From Pecten maximus (Eukaryota), in NCBI RefSeq assembly GCF_902652985.1, contig NC_047018.1, positions 34,286,001 through 34,350,000 on the forward strand: a stretch of 64,000 nt of DNA, read 5' to 3'. Positions 25,288 to 38,316 of the stretch are shown here, one piece after another (within the stretch, counting starts at the first letter, position 1; every line of letters starts with the position of its first letter). A program made the position numbers and the translations under genes. Under the pieces are notes generated by a model. The model ran no database searches, was not told where the DNA came from, and saw only the letters and a list, made by a program, of their open reading frames with translations.

Positions 25288-28200
25288 ATGGCTTGTCTAC
25301 GAGCAGAAGACTGTAAGTTTCTTAAAAACAGTTGTATAAGAAAACGTTGGTGCTCCTCATTATTTTTCCGACAGACAATTCATTTGTTATTCTAATCTGC
25401 TAACTGAAACAAAACCACTAAATGTTGTGTAATATAACTTCACTGCTCTAGCCTGAACCACCAAAGTCTTGGGACTGTTGGACTAACAAAGGGTACTGTA
25501 GCCTATACTCCTATAACATAAGAGGCCGCTGGTCGGCTCTTTTTCTATCGGATATTATTTTGCCGACTGTTACACGGCGCCTGTCAAAAGTATCTCGCCG
25601 TGTAAAACCTCTAACATTGTTGGAGTACTGTAGCCTACTGTACTGTAGTAAATCAGGATCAGCTGATCATGACCACTCGGGCACTAGTAATACAACTGGT
25701 ATAAAAGGAAAGATGAGTCAGTGCCCAATGCTGATGTGGTAAAGTAGCTAATGGGCCAATAGCCTAAGCACAATTATGGCTTAATTTTTTATAAGCCTCT
25801 GTTAGTGAAATGACAGCTGAATGTTGTATATATTCCCTCTAAATATGCAGTTTGACATGTGATTTATTTTGTTTTTGTTCATTTCATTGGGATTGATTAA
25901 TGCCAAAAGATGTCTTGTGAAATTTTTTTTTCTTGAAATTCATTTCATAATAATTTTGCCTCTTCTATGTGATGGACGTGGTTTCTTTCTTGTAACTTAA
26001 GAATTTTACTTCTTCCCAAAAACAATGGGACATTGTATACTGAAACGAAAAAGAAACGCAACTTCAAATTGTAGGTTTAATAAAATAATACTTGTGAGCA
26101 TTATGTTTAAATTTCATATGTAATAGTTAATATTGAATATTGATGTAACATCCTTTAAATGTTTAGAGATTTTTAAGAACAGGTCACTTTGCTAGAAGGT
26201 CATGATTGGTAGTACCCTACGTGAATCCAAGTTGAAATGGCAGCAGTTTTGAAACCGTGCCCTAATATCGTGTGTGTCCTCCTCGAACAGTTATCACATC
26301 TCTAATTCTTTGTTGCATTGAGTTCATCAGGGCATTGACTTTCCGTATTGGAATGTTATTCCATTCTTGGACGAGTGCATTTGCTAACTGAGGGAGGGTA
26401 TTTGGGGGGTTACGGCGATTTCGAATTCTTCTGTCTAATTCATCCCACAAATGCTCGATTGGGGACAGGTCGGGGCTATATGGAGGCCAATCTATAGGAA
26501 CAATGTTCTGTGTCGCAAGAAAGTCTCTACAGACTCTTGCAACGTGTGGTCTCGCGTTATCTTGCTGAAAGGTTAGATGATGCTGCCTAACAAACGGCAC
26601 AACATGGGGCCTAAGGATCTCATCCCGATAGCGTACGGCCGTTAAATTCCCATTGACTATCACCAAAGGCGTCTTCAAACCATGGGAGATTCCCGCCCAA
26701 ACCATAACTGATCCACCCCCAAATCGGTCGTGTTCCAAAACACAGGCGTCAGCAAAACGTTCGCCTCGACGCCGGTACACACGTTGACGGCCATCTGCTC
26801 GAAATAACGTGAATCGAGATTCATCGGTGAAGAGCATAGACCTCCAACGTCTCATAGGAAAACGTCTGGGCATATGTGCCGTTGCCCATTGCATACGACG
26901 TGCTCGACGTTGCGGTGTTAGTGGTAAACCAACGTACTGTCGCCTTGCACGCAAATTAGCCTCACGCAGTCTGTTGATCACTGTTTGGGGATGAATTCGA
27001 CGGTTATGATTACCAATCGTATTCCTTGCCGTTTCAGCGGCCGTTAATCTCCTGTTACGCAGGTGTGCCAACCTAAGAACCCGGTCTTGACGTCGCGACG
27101 TTACGCGTGGACGTCCTGATCTCGGCTGGTCATCGACTCTTCCTGTTGCGTTAAGACGTGAAACTAATCGACTAATAGTCGATTTGTGAACTCTGAATTG
27201 TCGAGCGACGTGAAGTTGCGTGTTCCCTGCCAGAAGCATCGCTATAGCACGTCCTCTATCAACCTTTGATAACCGTGGCATAATTGTAAAAGGAATTATT
27301 GTTTGCAAAAGTATTGGCGATGATGTGGCTCAATGTTAGTGATGAATTGATACTGGTTTGAATGAAAAAAGAACGCATATGTTTGTACAGGCACGGTTTT
27401 TGATGTTTTTACCGCGCCGGAAGTGCATAGGTCTCTAGTCACACTTGGGTGATTTTGAAGATTGGTATGGGTGTTAGGCAGGGTGCATGTTTATTTCCGC
27501 GATTTTTATACAGATATGTATATTTAATACAAAATTAATCACAATTTTCCATGTTGCGTTTCTTTTTCGTTTCAGTATATATATAAGTTTTTGGAAATTC
27601 CTAAGTGATGTCTGACTTGAGAAACAATGTGGAATGTTATAATGTCAATCTTGTGCAAGAAGAGTGGAAAAATGCACAGCCAGACCGGGGTTCGAACACT
27701 AGCCGGATGTTCTAGCTATGTACCAACTGAGCTTCCCGGGTCGCCAATGATTGACCTTCTTCAGTCCTACTATAATCTTCCCTCCCTTTTAAAGTCTTCG
27801 ACCCTGCAGAAGACCTAACAGCTCACTACCCAGGTTCGGTTATCATCTTGCCAAATATTCACCTCACTTCAAACAAGGTGTAACAGGAGAGGATAAAATG
27901 TAGCGGCCAGACTGGGCTTCGAACCCGGGACTCTGAATACTAGCCGGATGCTCTACCAATTGAGCTACCTGGTCACTGATGATCGACCCAGTCCAGTCCT
28001 GCTACACACCTCCCTCCTTTTTTCCAAGTCTTCGCCCTCGAAGACACACAAGACCCTTATACCTCCACCGTGGGTATTTTAGTTGGGCGCCAATTTTGTA
28101 ACAGGAGAGGAGAAAATGTAGTGGCCAGACCGAGGTTCGAACCCGGGACCCCCGAACATTTGAGCAACCTGGTCACCGATGATCGACCCAGTGAGTCCAG

Positions 28201-31200
28201 TCCCGCTACACAAGGTTTGGTCACAGGCACCAAATATAAGAGGAGTGGACAAATGCATGGCCAGATCGACTGGGGTTCGACCCCAGGACCTCCAAACACT
28301 AGTCAGATGCTCTACCAATTGAGCTACTTGGTTGCCAAATAATGATCGACCCAGTCCAATTCCCATCTCAAACACAATCTCAGCAGCCAGCTGCCACATC
28401 TCTTCATTATTTTAATTTCTGGTCATATCTGAGGTAGCTTGCACATAAATTGGCTTGAAAATGTTTTCTAGCCCTGATTTTCTTGGGAAGTAGCATGTAT
28501 GTCTGTTTTGTAATGTCTTATGAAACATTGTACATGATCAGTACTAATTTACCTACATGCACAGTCACTACTGTGTATGTTTGCAATTTATTTTTCAGTT
28601 TGAAAACTTGGGAGTTATTCCCCTTCAATGATATTCGCCCAATTCCTATAACCATATTTAACCTAAAATAAACCCCCTCCCTTAGTGAAAATGTTTATAA
28701 TTATATATTGCAAATGTCTAGTATTAAAGTCTAGCTTATTTGTGAACCACTTTTAGCTTACTATTTTAACTGATGGTTTTGCAAAATGAAGCAGTGTCTT
28801 ATTTGAGTGTCTTATTTGTGGGTCAGGGGTTTAGTGTAGATAGATATCATAATCAAAGAATGTTCAAAGTAATTTAGCTTATTCTCTGAACTGATTCTTA
28901 TGATCACACAAGACTGGCACATAAGGTTGTTTAACTTATTTATTTTTCATTTTCTTGGAAGATATCCTGAATGTTAGAGTCACTAAACCTCACGTAAAAT
29001 GTATATTTTTAATTTTAGGTGGGTATCGCTTCCTGGTGCTGTTTTTTAACTGCATGTTGACATTTGGTTCCTACTACTGTTTTGACATGCCAAGTGTCTT
29101 GCAAGATGAATTCCAAGGGGTAAGTTGAAATCTTTGATGTATAAACAATGCTTCTGTTCAAATCCTTGAAGTAACATGTCTAAGCTTATTGCACAAATCA
29201 GTAAAAAGGTTTAAATGCATAGATTTAAAAGATCTGTGACATGTGAAGCTTGTCAAGATTAAGCTGCAATAATGCAGCTCTGGACAATGGACAGATGGTT
29301 TCAGACAGATGGTTATTGTCAGACAGAGAGCACTACATGTAGGCAGCTAGGGTACAAATATTTGTTCTGGTCAAGATTAGAATCGTGAAGATTTGAAAGT
29401 AGAGAGTATTTTTATTTTAAAAGGTTTGCATACAGTTATATTATTAATTTACCTGAAAGATCTTTGTTTTATGTAAACCAGGTGAGCAACTGTACACAAA
29501 ACTCTACCGGGCAGGAAAACAGCTCGTGTGTTAAATGTGATGACTGTCTGGGGATGTCTGCAGATGACTACAACCTCCTCTATGCCATATACGCCTGGAC
29601 GTATGTATCCAAAGGGAATCCATGTATTACGAAAGTAGTTAATTCCACAGCACTATATCAAAGACTGATAAGTCCTTGAGCCTTGCTTTTTACAAGCTTA
29701 TTTACAAGGGATAGTACTAGTTCCACAGGAACTGAGGATAAAAATGATTATGATAATGATGATATTATAACATTAACATGTAATATTAAAAAGTCTATGA
29801 ATGAACTGAAATTACAAAATATATGAGTGGTTAACAAAACAGATTGTATGTTTTTTTGACTGGTGTCTGGTCCCATTAAATCAATAGAAATAATTTGCAG
29901 CTCTGTATAACTATGATATAACCCTTCTGCATCAGTCCATCTTATTCATGTTATCAATAAATCAGATTGGTCCAAAACATCATGAGAATGCTGACCTCTT
30001 GAATAAAAGCATGCATGACCTGAAATATCAATGAATGCTAAGTACTACAAAAATGTAATTAAAATAAGCATTAAGATTTCTGTTCAGAGCAAACAAGATT
30101 TCTGAAAAAAGAAAAAGAATTTTAATCAAAATTTATCTTGTTATAGCCTGTTTAAACTTTGAATATTTAGAATGTAACCCTACTGTGGTTTGAAATCTTT
30201 TGATTTATTTTGTGATTATATTGTGTGAATTTGTGGCAAATACCTGTTTTACTGCCTTGGATACTTTTTACCAGCAAAAGTTATTTTTCAAGAAAATGAT
30301 TATGATATACCACTGCAAATTTCAAACAAAGTATGGTATCCCAAAGTTTTATATAAAAACAAGCAATGCTATGTTTTCCCTTTCAATGAAGGCACAAGAG
30401 AAAAAAGATACCATCACCTCATCATCTTAGGATACATACTTGTTGATATATTCAGTACTTTTCTTCATTATAAATACTCTGATTTGCTTTTCAGAAATGC
30501 AGCTGTTGTCATTGGTGCAGGCTTCCTGATAGACAAACTTGGGAACAGAGGTTAGTGTCGGCTGTGGTTTATGAATATATTTGGTGATTTTCATGTTGTT
30601 TGTTAAGAAATGCTTCAATGTACAAACAGTGCATGGTTTATTTGTTGATTTGTATTTTATTACAGTGGGAGTATTTCTGTTTTCCTTCCTGTGTGTTGTG
30701 GGATCCTCCCTATTTGCCCTTGGGAGCATGTTTAAGGGTACATCAGCCATGTTGCCAATCATGTTGCTGGGACGTCTGCTGTTTGGGTCTGGCAACGGCT
30801 CCCTCACAAGTAGGCCATTCACATTGTACCACAGGATTAATTTTGACTGATTAAGTGAATATATGATATGAATGTTACTTCAGTTATCAGTATTAAATAT
30901 AAATAATGTTGAGATTTTTCTTTGTAACTCATCCAAAAACTATTTGTGATAGTCCTCAAACTATAAATAAAACTAGAATTTCAGTGTTAGTAGGGTCCCC
31001 CATAATGCATTAAGTTTTTTGCACAGTATTACATAAATCCACAACATTTGCTTCACTAATAATCATCGCATATAAATGTACATACAAATGACCTTTATGA
31101 CCCAAATTATAGAACAAGTTTGTCCATATGGCAATATTCCTTGTTCGCATCATGTTGAAGAACATTCTTTTTCATGAGAAAATTCAGTTAGTGGAATTGG

Positions 31201-34200
31201 TGCATAAATATTAAGTACATGTATAATGAAATGATTAGAAAAGTCCTTCTGTATTTATGATTCCTTATCTTTAAGTTGTACAGAACAGGATAACGGCCTA
31301 CTGGTTCCGTAACAAAGAGCTTGCCATGGCCTTTGGTATAACACTGGCTTTCTCCCGACTTGGTAGTGTCCTTAACTTCTTCCTGACACAAAGCTTTTCC
31401 GAGGTCTATGGGCTCTCCTGGACACTGTGGGCAGGTAATGTTCTCAACTAACATATTTATAGGAACTGTCTTTATCCTTGAAGTATATTTTAACAGACTG
31501 ATAAAACACTGTATTTGAAGTTAAGTACAGTTCTGTATACTTAAAAAATGTTGAAAGACTTTGTTTATATTCAAGATGTGAAATGTTTCCATCATACCTG
31601 TAATTAACCATTTATTTCTGTTTATATTTAAGATGTAAGATTTTTCTATCATCAATTAGCACCATCTTTTAATTGAAAGAAAAAAATGTGTGAAAAAACT
31701 AAAACTCTACATTTATATCTGTTCCAGTTCCTTCTGTAGTGTACATTGGATGTGAAAACTCAATTCAAAGCTATTTCACATTATGGTGATATAGATGAAA
31801 AGTCATGAAAGTACATGTACTCCTTTTTATTTTACCTGTTGCTTTACCTGTCACCTGTCGTTGAGGTATTTTATCTGGGTCCACTGCTCTGACCCATTAC
31901 CTCACTCCCACTTCCATCCCATACATTTTCCATTGTGTTATCTTGTTACATTGATGACTCTGTTACTTAAGTATTGACCTTATCATTGGCTGTCTTTACT
32001 CAGGAGCTATGCTGTGTGGCCTGGGTTTCATATCAGCCTTGATTGTTAGCTTCTTAGACATGTATGGTGTGAGGCAGTTGGGAGATGAGCAAAACCTCAA
32101 GGCAGAGTCCAAGAAACTAGTGAGTAATTGGTATAGGGTGAATTAAAAATCACTGGATAATTTCATTTACAGGTTTACAATATATTCTTAACAATATTTT
32201 TGGTCTTGTGATGAAACGTTTCTCGTTTTCTCAAGATAAGTGTGAAAATGAAATATTTGTGACTGCTGTTTATGTTAAAAAGTAGACATACATGCAATTA
32301 TGCAATGTTTGTGTTTCAGAAAGTCACAGATATAAAATATTTCTCCTTATCCTACTGGCTATTGGCCCTTGCCATCATGTTTTTCTACAATGGAGTATTC
32401 CCCTTTGTTGCTGACGCAAGGTAAAGTCATTAACTTCCTCCTTGATACATTTGGGACAAATTTTGTTTTTAGTGCATTTCATAATGATATAGATATTCAG
32501 TGAACTAATTTCATTATATCAGAATAAAAACACTTTTCATTCCGCACAGTTTAACTTTAATAATACATTACATGTATTTTTGCAATTTTTTTTGCAATTT
32601 CTAAAATTCATTATTTTCATGACGAGTAACTCTGTGGATTTAAAATAATTTCAAAACTACATATTTAACAGCATAAATTGTCCACTTATTATAATTCCAG
32701 TTTCATTTTCCAATGAAAGGTTTCTGTACAACAATTTTAAGTATCCATTTGCAGTGTAGATATGATATTCAATTAGCCCAGGACATACAACAGATTAATA
32801 CCATATATTTTAGTTATAGAAATGTACTTTGAACACTTTCTTCTCCAATTGTCATGTGACAAAAATGCTTTGAATTTTCACTGGTTTGTAATCCATTTGC
32901 TTTCTTTCCCCACAGTGAATTTATACATGTCAAGTATAAATTTGATCTGAAAACGTCCTCGTATTTGGCTGGTGCAGTGTACGATGTTTCCATGGTTGTC
33001 TCCCCCTTTTTAGGAGGGCTCATTGTATGTATCGTCAAATTTTGCCTGATTATATCTATAATTTTAAGTTTATTATGACATTTGTTCTTAACTTTTGTTG
33101 CATTTAGAAATAATTATATAAAGCACAACCTTTATATGTTTTTAAGTATTTGTTATTTGTCTCACTTATCGACATTGGTGTACATGTATACTTTTGCTAT
33201 TCAATATGTCCAGAATATCAGTCAAATCTACTAGCAGAATCTGATATAGTAGAATTGCACATTCATGTTTGTGTTGTTAATTATTCAGCAGTTTATATCG
33301 TATTTGGGTACCAAGGTATATGTAAAGTGCTTTCTCTTCTTTTTGATAATACACATCAAATTGTTATTGAAATGCATGATTTACTCTATTTCAGCAAGCT
33401 AAAGGTCTCTGGTTAAATTTTGCTCTCTTCTGGATACTGGATGATTAAAATTTTATTTAAAATATTCTCAGTTGTTCATTTGGATGCGAATTTACAAATA
33501 TTTAGGGAAAACATCATTTAATCAGAATATTATAAAAACTGAATACAAATCCACCAAGTATAACTAATAGCAGCTTTGATCTGCAGACATCCCCTCACTT
33601 TCGTCACCTTGTTTACATTACTTCTATAGGGAGTGATCATTATTTAAAGCAGATATGCAGTAAATTGACATTTTCCAATTTTACAATGTTTTTGTTTTTA
33701 AAGATTATTTTGATCATGGCATTGGGCTTAATCTTAGTTTAAGATGTTGTCTACAAAATTGATGTAAACTATTTTTTATCAGAAAAATAAAAAATTGAAG
33801 AAGTTAAATGGGTTTGCGACATTGTGTTCCCGATCGGATCAAACCCAGCTATAAATAAGTTAACAACAGTGCTCTAGCTCTCATGCCTAGTGATATGTGT
33901 GAGCACATCAGGTTTAATACACACTTGTATGTTACGAAGCATTTGCACATCTAACAATGTAAGGTATTCTTTCTCCATTTCAAATTAATTTGATAGAAAT
34001 GTATTTAAATACGTACCGAAAGTGTGCAAATTTATGTACATGTACCCCCACTGTACGTGTAGCCTTAAACATATTTTTTTCCTCGACAGGATGTCATAGG
34101 GAGACGAGGAATCCTGGCCGTCATGTGTGCCAGTCTATCAATACCAGTGTTTGGAATTTTAGCGTTTACATCGGTCTATCCTTTGGTGGCAACACTATGG

Positions 34201-37200
34201 CTGGGAATTACTTACTCTTTTGCCGCTGTGAGTCATTAGTGAATTATTAAGATCTCTAATAAATAATAGAATCTCATTATTTCCAAACTACCTGGAATCA
34301 AAAGAAACATTTATTGTAAACAAAATACAAATACACTGTAGATTAAAGCATGATAATTTGTATTAATTGATGTTAACTCATTTATTGCCTCTCGAATGAA
34401 TATTGAGATTTTATTGAACAATACAAATTGAAATTTTTTTAGAAATACACAATAATAATTAAATTAAAGCATGCATGCTTTAATTTATTGCCTTGTTAGC
34501 TCACCTGCCCGAAGGGCAAGTGAGCTTATGCCGTGGCGCGGCGTCCGTCGTCCGGCCGTCCGTCCGGCGTCAACTTTACATTCAAGCAACTTCTTCTCAA
34601 TAACCAAAAGGCCTAGAGACCTAATATTGGGCCTGTAGCATGCTGGGGTGAAGGGCTACCAAGTTTGTTCAAATGAATGACCTTGACCTTCATTCAAGGT
34701 CACAGGAGGCAAAAAGGCTAAAATCTTTAAACGACTTCTTCTCAATAACCAAGAGTCCCAGGGACTTGATATTGGGTCTGTAGCATGCTGGGGTGAAGGG
34801 CTACCAAGTTTGTTCAAATGAATGACCTTGACTTTCATTCAAGGTCACAGGAGTCAAAAAGGCTAAAATCTTTAAACGACTTCTTCTCAATAACCAAGAG
34901 TCCCAGGGACTTGATATTGGGTCTGTAGCATGCTCGGGTGAAGGGCTACCAAGTTTGTTCAAATGAATGACCTTGACTTTCATTCAAGGTCACAGGGGTC
35001 AAAAAGGCTAAAATCTTTAAACGACTTCCTCTCAATAACCAAGAGTCCCAGGGAGTTGATATTGGGTCTGTAGCATGCTGGGGTGAAGGGCTACCAAGTT
35101 TGTTCAAAAGAATGACCTTGACCGTCATTCAAGGTCACAGGAGTCAAAAAGGCTAAAATCTTTAAACGACTTCTTCTCAATAACCAAGAGTCCCAGAGGC
35201 CTAATATTTGGCCTGTAGCATGCTGGGGTGAAGGGCTACCAAGTTTGTTCAAAAGAATGACCTTGACCGTCATTCAAGGTCACAGGAGTCAAAAAGGCTA
35301 AAATCTTCAAACGACTTCTTCTCAATAACCAACAGTCCCAGGGAGTTGATATTGGGTCTGTAGCATGCTGGGATGAAGGGCTACCTAGTTTGTTCAAATG
35401 AATGGCCTTGACCTTCATTCAAGGTCACAGGGGCCAAAAAGGCTAAAATCTTTAAACGACTTCTTCTCGATAACCAACAGTCCCAGAGACCTAATATTTG
35501 GCCTGTAGCATGCTGGGGTAAAGAGCTACCAAGTTTGTTCAAATGAATGACCTTGACTTTCATTCAAGGTCACAGGAGTCAAAAAGGCTAAAATCTTTAA
35601 ACGACTTCTTCTCAATAACCAAGAGTCCCAGAGACCTAATATTTGGCCTGTAGCATGCTGGGGTGAAGGGCTACCAAGTTTGTTCAAATGAATGACCTTG
35701 ACTTTCATTCAAGGTCACAGGAGTGAAAAAGGCTAAAATCTTTAAACGACTTCTTCTCAATAACCAAGAGTCCCAGAGAGTTGATATTGGGTCTGTAGCA
35801 TGCTGGGGTAAAGGGCTACCAAGTTTGTTCAAATGAATGACCTTGACCTTCATTCAAGGTCACAGGGGTCAAAAAGGCTAAAATCTTTAAACAACTTCTT
35901 CTCAATAACCAAGAGTCCCAGGGAGTTGATATTGGGTCTGTAGCATGCTGGGGTGAAGGGCTACCAAGTTTGTTCAAATGAATGACCTTGACCTTCATTC
36001 AAGGTCACGTCGATCAAGTATGCTTAAATCTTTAAATGACTTTTAGTGAAAAGCCAAAGTGCAGAGAGACATTATATTGGTCCTGTAGCATGCTTTCAAA
36101 TAACTGCAGGATCCATATATGAAAAGATCACTGCATTGCAGGTGAGCGATTTGGGCCCATTGGGCCCTTGTTTGCATTAATAATGGTTAATTGTTATTTA
36201 TTGCCATTTGAGAAATTCTTGTTTTGTGATAAATATCAAATTTTATTGAATGACACAAATTTAATTTGTCACTTATTCATTCTGTTTACAGGCAAGCTTA
36301 TGGCCATCTATTCCACTTGTGGTGAGTCCAGCCACCGTGGGTACAGCCATGGGACTGACTACATCCATACAGATGATAGGAATAGGAGTTTCTAACTTGG
36401 TAGTTGGTCAGATCCTGGGCAAAAGCCTACAGTAAGTTTATTGTATAAAAGAGGAAAGAACGAACTTACATAGAACCGTTAAAGAGGTTACAATATTTGA
36501 AGCCAAAACAAGGTTTTCCTACCATAGAATCTGGGTCCGTTAAGAGGACCCATTCCCCTAAAGAAAATCTCGTGAAAATTCCCAATTTGCCACTGAAAAT
36601 TCCCCAAATAAAGATTATTTTTTCAAGATTAAATATGCTTGATGTGAAAAGACCTCAGGCAATTTTGAATGAATAGCAGACATAAAATATGAAATGAAAT
36701 GAAAAAAGAATAAAGGCAATATCTATTAAGAACATGAATTTGCTTGAATTTCTCTTTCCTCTGTTTCCCAATTTCACATTTTGTCGCATAAAAAAAAATC
36801 CCAATTAAATGGACCGTGGACCCAGATGAAAAATTGTAGGAAAATCCATGCAATATACCACTGAGGCCTCTTGTATGTAGTTGATTAGATGGTTTCTTTA
36901 TTCAACAGTTACATTGATCACAACTTAACAAAAAAAAACTTTTATCATTACAATCAGTATCAGGAATGGATGGTAATTTTTTTTTTTTTTTTTTTTTGAA
37001 GAATAGCATTAATAGTTCCGGGTAATTAGGTATACCTCCTGGTTATAAAATCTGTAACCCAGAAACTGCAATGGATTTGAGTATTGTTCATGGTAAAGAC
37101 ACTTTTGAACAGGAAATATGTTATGATCCTTTGTGTTTGTTTCTCTTCAGTCTGAAGAGAGAGGAGACACTATTGAGGTGGAAATATGTTATGGTCTTCC

Positions 37201-37996
37201 TCCTGGCCAACAGCCTTGCATGTGTACTAACCACTGTGTTCCTCAACATCAACGACAAGAGAAGGGTAAGGGTTTAATGTCTGCTTTTGTTGATTGACCG
37301 TTTACAAGTCTGATTACTGTTAAGATTTTTGTTCAGTTCAGATAGATAATAACCTTACAAACACTATTACATGCGAACTTAAATAAGTTTTTAATGTTCA
37401 TCTTCTTAAGTTTGAAAGTTGTAGTCTCACAAGAGAGAGCAAACAAACTTCAAAGATCAATAGAAATACATAATAAACAAAATTCTGTATAAAGTATCTT
37501 ATGAATCCCTCAACAAATCCAGTTCCTTTTCCATTTCAGCCACTTTTGAACTAGGCATCAACATGCACAATTAATCCTATGAGCTCTTCAACAGATTGAA
37601 TTCAGTTTCATATCCCTGTATCATGATATCACTTGATTAAATTTTAGAAGCCGTTGATCAACGTTAAAACTAAAGTCAAGTTCTTGCCTTTCAAAGTTTC
37701 TAGTTTCTGTCCAAAGAATTAAATAACAGAAAAAGTTTGGTGCAATTTCAAATAATTGTAACCATAATCAGAACCAGGGTAACAATATTTTACCTACATA
37801 TCAACAAAAATTGCTTAGTTATTGAACTATAAATGTAATTGGAAATTAATCGTCTTTTTGATAGGGAGGAATTCTTAACCTGAGTCGAAAACAGAAGGCT
37901 ATGAAAGCAGCCCAGTTGGAGGCTGATCAAGCTGAGAAGGAACCAGATGAGAGAGATTCACTGATTCCAAATCGCCGACGGCCAGTCATCAACTGA
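25288..37996 (+). CDS. MFSD1: MFSD1-like lysosomal major facilitator superfamily transporter, 13 exons, ~484 aa
   Basis: Exons 25288-25312, 29019-29119, 29482-29600, 30495-30550, 30666-30809, 31276-31434, 32004-32119, 32320-32420, 32916-33024, 34090-34227, 36292-36431, 37151-37265, 37865-37996. All introns GT-AG and phase-consistent (1455 nt). Motifs: RFLVLFFNCMLTFGSYYCFDMP, GFLIDKLGNR, GRLLFGSG, WFRNKELAMAFG, SRLGS, GLIDVIGRRG. Confidence 0.92.
26038..27577 (-). mobile_element. Intact Tc1 DNA transposon in MFSD1-like intron 1
   Basis: Perfect ~25-bp TIRs TACTGAAACGAAAAAGAAACGCAAC / GTTGCGTTTCTTTTTCGTTTCAGTA with TA flanks. Confidence 0.95.
26262..27281 (-). CDS. Tc1 transposase (DD34E)
   Basis: HTH N-terminus, GRPR, FTDESRF, VMVWAGI, FQQDNARPH, WPPYSPDLSPIEHLW. 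There are 34 residues between the second D and the E. The first ATG is at 27281. Confidence 0.97.
   Translation of the reverse strand: MPRLSKVDRGRAIAMLLAGNTQLHVARQFRVHKSTISRLVSRLNATGRVDDQPRSGRPRVTSRRQDRVLRLAHLRNRRLTAAETARNTIGNHNRRIHPQTVINRLREANLRARRQYVGLPLTPQRRARRMQWATAHMPRRFPMRRWRSMLFTDESRFTLFRADGRQRVYRRRGERFADACVLEHDRFGGGSVMVWAGISHGLKTPLVIVNGNLTAVRYRDEILRPHVVPFVRQHHLTFQQDNARPHVARVCRDFLATQNIVPIDWPPYSPDLSPIEHLWDELDRRIRNRRNPPNTLPQLANALVQEWNNIPIRKVNALMNSMQQRIRDVITVRGGHTRY
27660..28370 (-). repeat. Cluster of four tRNA-like (Thr-AGT-like) repeat units
   Basis: Reverse strand GGTAGCTCAATTGGTAGAGCA...GGTTCGAA at ~27680, 27905, 28125 and 28260, with shared flanks (GATGATCGACCCAGTCCAGT, AGGAGAGGANAAAATGTAG). 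Confidence 0.75.
34496..36171 (+). mobile_element. Non-autonomous Helentron-type element (HINE) with a 145-bp satellite array (~10 units), in MFSD1-like intron 10
   Basis: 5' TTAGCTCACCTG plus hairpin, GTCC microsatellite, 145-bp repeats, 3' CAGGTGAGC subterminal inverted repeat, GGGCCCATTGGGCCC hairpin, TT insertion site. Confidence 0.88.
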
Positions 37997-38316
37997 AACG
38001 CACCACGAAGACATTCCTTAGTTTCCTATCGTTCAACCAGGAAGGTGCTGTTTGTGTGATTAGTAAGAGAGGAGTGAGGTGAGATTGAATGGACGGAATT
38101 GAGGTAATGGAAAATATATTTCAAGTAAGAGTTGAACAGAGAGAAACTAGGAATCATTAATTGAACAGAGAAACTGATTGAATTGTAGGAATTGAGATAA
38201 TGGAAAAAAGATATTTCAAACTTGAGTTGAATGGAGAGAAACGGTAAGCTATCATTGTTTTAATATACAATGTGTAAGATTTGAGACAAAGAATATTATG
38301 TGAGATAGATATATTT

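Noticed and set aside
27903-27972. Possible functional tRNA-Thr(AGT)
   Set aside because: Imperfect stems and degenerate neighbouring copies point to a repeat-derived unit; tRNAscan-SE would decide.
34656-35998. Series of near-identical 60-aa ORFs
   Set aside because: Translations of the 145-bp satellite; the same applies to ORFs at 38.6-40.1 and 43.2-45.0 kb.
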